A stretch of DNA of 25,343 nt from a virus. Its lineage: Duplodnaviria > Caudoviricetes. Location: the IMG/VR virus record IMGVR_UViG_3300014613_000100, positions 1-25,343 of that record, one strand, 5' to 3'. This document shows, piece by piece, positions 23,533 through 25,343 of this stretch; position 1 is the first letter of the stretch; each line of letters starts with the position of its first letter. A model generated the notes under the pieces. That model searched no databases, was not told where the DNA came from, and saw only the letters and a program-made list of their open reading frames with translations. Both the position numbers and the translations under genes were made by a program.

Positions 23533-23721
23533 GGATCTCTTAGATGCCTTCAAAGGATTAATTTTCTTATCCTTTTTAATTTCCACTTTTTTATTAGTTT
23601 TCATCGGGCATCCACCTTTTTTTACCCATACTGAAGGCATGGAATAAATAGAACATTCATCAATATTATCGGCTTTTAAACAACCTGAACAAAGTTCCAT
23701 ATTAATTTTTTCTTTTTCCAT
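23524..23721 (-). CDS. PxxKW-like small cysteine-rich protein
   Basis: CSGC...CSIYSMPSVW..GGCP...KINPLKASKR tail; family recognised from memory. Confidence 0.6.
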   Translation of the reverse strand: MEKEKINMELCSGCLKADNIDECSIYSMPSVWVKKGGCPMKTNKKVEIKKDKKINPLKASKRSNR

Positions 23722-23820
23722 TTTATTTACTCCTTTTCTTTACCTCAATTATTATTCTTAGCGGCAATAAATTATTTATAACATGCCATCCTGCTACTGC
23801 CGCCACAACAGCCGCACCCA

Positions 23821-24018
23821 TTATAACTCCGTTGGATTATAAAAATCCCTTTCATCGGAAAAATCAGATGGTTTCCCACCAACAGTTTCACCATCACTAT
23901 TCATTATTGGTTGAAATTCACCGTGGCACCATGATTGTAAGGCACCTTCCTCGATAGTTTCATGCCTTTCAAGTTTTCTATAATGTTTACCATTTCTGAA
24001 ATAAACGAGTTTATTCAT
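23821..24018 (-). CDS. Hypothetical protein
   Basis: 65 aa, RBS GAGGTG, overlaps upstream stop. Confidence 0.6.
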   Translation of the reverse strand: MNKLVYFRNGKHYRKLERHETIEEGALQSWCHGEFQPIMNSDGETVGGKPSDFSDERDFYNPTEL

Positions 24019-24283
24019 ATTTCACCTCTACCTCATATTCAATCCATGATTCACGATCATCATTATAAAATTCTAATGCCTTTTCTTCATTACATCCTTC
24101 CTCTTCCATTATTTCTTTAACTGAAAGGATACCATGTAAGCCGGCATAAGAATCATATTCCTCGCAAACCAATTCATATGCCAATGATTCCGCATCACTC
24201 AAATTATCGGCTTCGATCTCTTCCCAATTACCACAACCACCAAAACCACCGCCCATACCATATCTAATTCTATATAAAGCCAT
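24011..24283 (-). CDS. Hypothetical acidic phage protein
   Basis: YGMGGGFGG...Y.GLHG...ESWIEY; RBS GGAGG. Confidence 0.7.
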   Translation of the reverse strand: MALYRIRYGMGGGFGGCGNWEEIEADNLSDAESLAYELVCEEYDSYAGLHGILSVKEIMEEEGCNEEKALEFYNDDRESWIEYEVEVKYE

Positions 24284-24298
24284 TATCCTTATCCTCCA

Positions 24299-24454
24299 TT
24301 ATAAAGAATTTATAACCCATCTAACAAGTCTCATTCTCTCCCTTTCATTCTTATCAAGAGACTCATACCATAAAACACCACAAACTCTACACTTACATAA
24401 TGTTCTCCACTTAGATAAAACAATTCTTTGAACTTGATTATGATTATGATTCAT
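24299..24454 (-). CDS. Small hypothetical protein (51 aa, CRVC)
   Basis: Read manually; RBS AAGGA. Confidence 0.45.
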   Translation of the reverse strand: MNHNHNQVQRIVLSKWRTLCKCRVCGVLWYESLDKNERERMRLVRWVINSL

Positions 24455-24553
24455 TATTTATTCCTTTTATTAAATTTATGTGAGGACTGGACGCACCCAA
24501 CAGGGCCCAGTAAGCATATCCAGTCATAACCGGGAATAACTCACATATATTTT

Positions 24554-24724
24554 TTATTTTACATTACCACATACAGTACAGCGGTATTCAATATGAACCT
24601 TAGTTGTTTTACCAGAGTCTTTACCAGAGCCTTTTTTATTATGAACACGGATACCCTTACCATATTTCTTATCTTGATACTCCGATATACAAAAACATCT
24701 GATTTTCTTACTATTTTCACCCAT
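24554..24724 (-). CDS. Small Zn-binding protein (56 aa)
   Basis: CFC.SEYQDKKYGKGIRVHN...YRCTVCG; RBS AGGAG. Confidence 0.65.
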   Translation of the reverse strand: MGENSKKIRCFCISEYQDKKYGKGIRVHNKKGSGKDSGKTTKVHIEYRCTVCGNVK

Positions 24725-24824
24725 TTTCTTTATCTCCTTTTAATATTTCTTTAAAACCGTTATAAATCACGATAATCATCCCAACTGAAATAATAATAAC
24801 ATAGAGATCGGTTAATGTGAACAT
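24717..24824 (-). CDS. Small single-TM protein (35 aa)
   Basis: MFTLTDLYVIIISVGMIIVIYNGF...; overlaps the next start; promoter-like motif at 24857-24885. Confidence 0.4.
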   Translation of the reverse strand: MFTLTDLYVIIISVGMIIVIYNGFKEILKGDKENG

Positions 24825-24882
24825 TTTATTTTTTACCCTTTTATTATTGCATGTTTAATGTAACATAAAATAAGAAAAAAGT

Positions 24883-24931
24883 AAAAAATAAGGGAAGATA
24901 TGTTTCGGAACGTCTCCGAATCTTCCCTTAT
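24883..24931 (-). terminator. Intrinsic terminator
   Basis: ATAAGGGAAGAT/ATCTTCCCTTAT stem plus T-run. Confidence 0.75.
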
Positions 24932-25105
24932 CTTTACCTTGTGAAAATTACCGATTTTTCACGTCCGTCTTTGTATTAGATTGAACACTTAACATTTATC
25001 GGTAATAAAATTAAATATATCATCTAATCACGTTGCGGAATACACAGGATTTTGTGTATTGATTTACTGTAAAATATCCTCCATAGATTTCTTAACAGTA
25101 AAAAC

Positions 25106-25134
25106 ATTATATCAATTTTTCAGTAAAATGTAAA
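25106..25134 (-). promoter_or_regulatory. Promoter TTTACA-N17-TATAAT
   Basis: Exact motif. Confidence 0.75.
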
Positions 25135-25136
25135 TC

Positions 25137-25179
25137 AAAAAATTTGCTTGATACACCAGTTAAAAGGTGTATCAAGCAA
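25137..25179 (-). terminator. Intrinsic terminator after the HU-like gene
   Basis: 14-bp stem TTGCTTGATACACC/GGTGTATCAAGCAA followed by ATTTTTT. Confidence 0.8.
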
Positions 25180-25188
25180 CCCGGTTGT

Positions 25189-25343
25189 TTACTCTTCTTC
25201 GGCTTCTTCAACCTCAGGAACTTCCTCAACCTCAACTTCCTCAACCTCGGTTTCCTCGGCCTCGGGAACATCTAATTCAAGCACGGCATTTTTCAATGCG
25301 GCCGATGGTTTAAACTTCGGTACCATCTTAGCTGGCACGTCGA
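25189..25343 (-). CDS. HU/IHF-family DNA-binding protein, C-terminal part (truncated by window edge)
   Basis: DVPAKMVPKFKPSAALKNAV then Glu-rich tail. Confidence 0.85.
   Translation of the reverse strand, partial: DVPAKMVPKFKPSAALKNAVLELDVPEAEETEVEEVEVEEVPEVEEAEEE

Noticed and set aside
1-25343. Stop-codon reassignment
   Set aside because: No CUA/UCA suppressor tRNA; genes are intact in the standard code and end in TAA, TAG and TGA

Overview
AT-rich window from a large T4-like/jumbo dsDNA phage; essentially all genes are on the - strand. Host is possibly Desulfobacterota (inferred from the tmRNA tag style and a PxxKW-like gene). Left part: replication/nucleotide genes (thymidylate synthase, RNase H/5'-3' exonuclease, Hjc-like resolvase, sliding clamp, two clamp-loader subunits), interrupted by a self-contained operon with its own promoter and terminator encoding a ubiquitin-like protein, a coiled-coil/E2-like protein, a minimal E1/ThiF and a JAB peptidase. 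From about 9.8 to 21.5 kb there is a translation-support island: 29 tRNA genes whose anticodons cover all 20 amino acids (several degenerate or non-canonical), a tmRNA, an RNA ligase, a metallophosphoesterase, a ~690-nt hairpin-dense ncRNA candidate and many small structured RNAs. Most notable: (1) the phage-encoded Ubl-E2-E1-JAB cassette; (2) a 43-codon leader ORF plus terminator/antiterminator directly upstream of the first tRNA, resembling a translation-sensing attenuator; (3) tRNA-Tyr(GUA) and tRNA-Arg(UCU) lacking a normal D-arm, with a D-loop-like GG segment 3' of the anticodon arm; (4) long variable arms on Ile, Met, Asn and His tRNAs, plus anticodon-less tRNA mimics. All calls are by eye; no database searches or folding programs were run.
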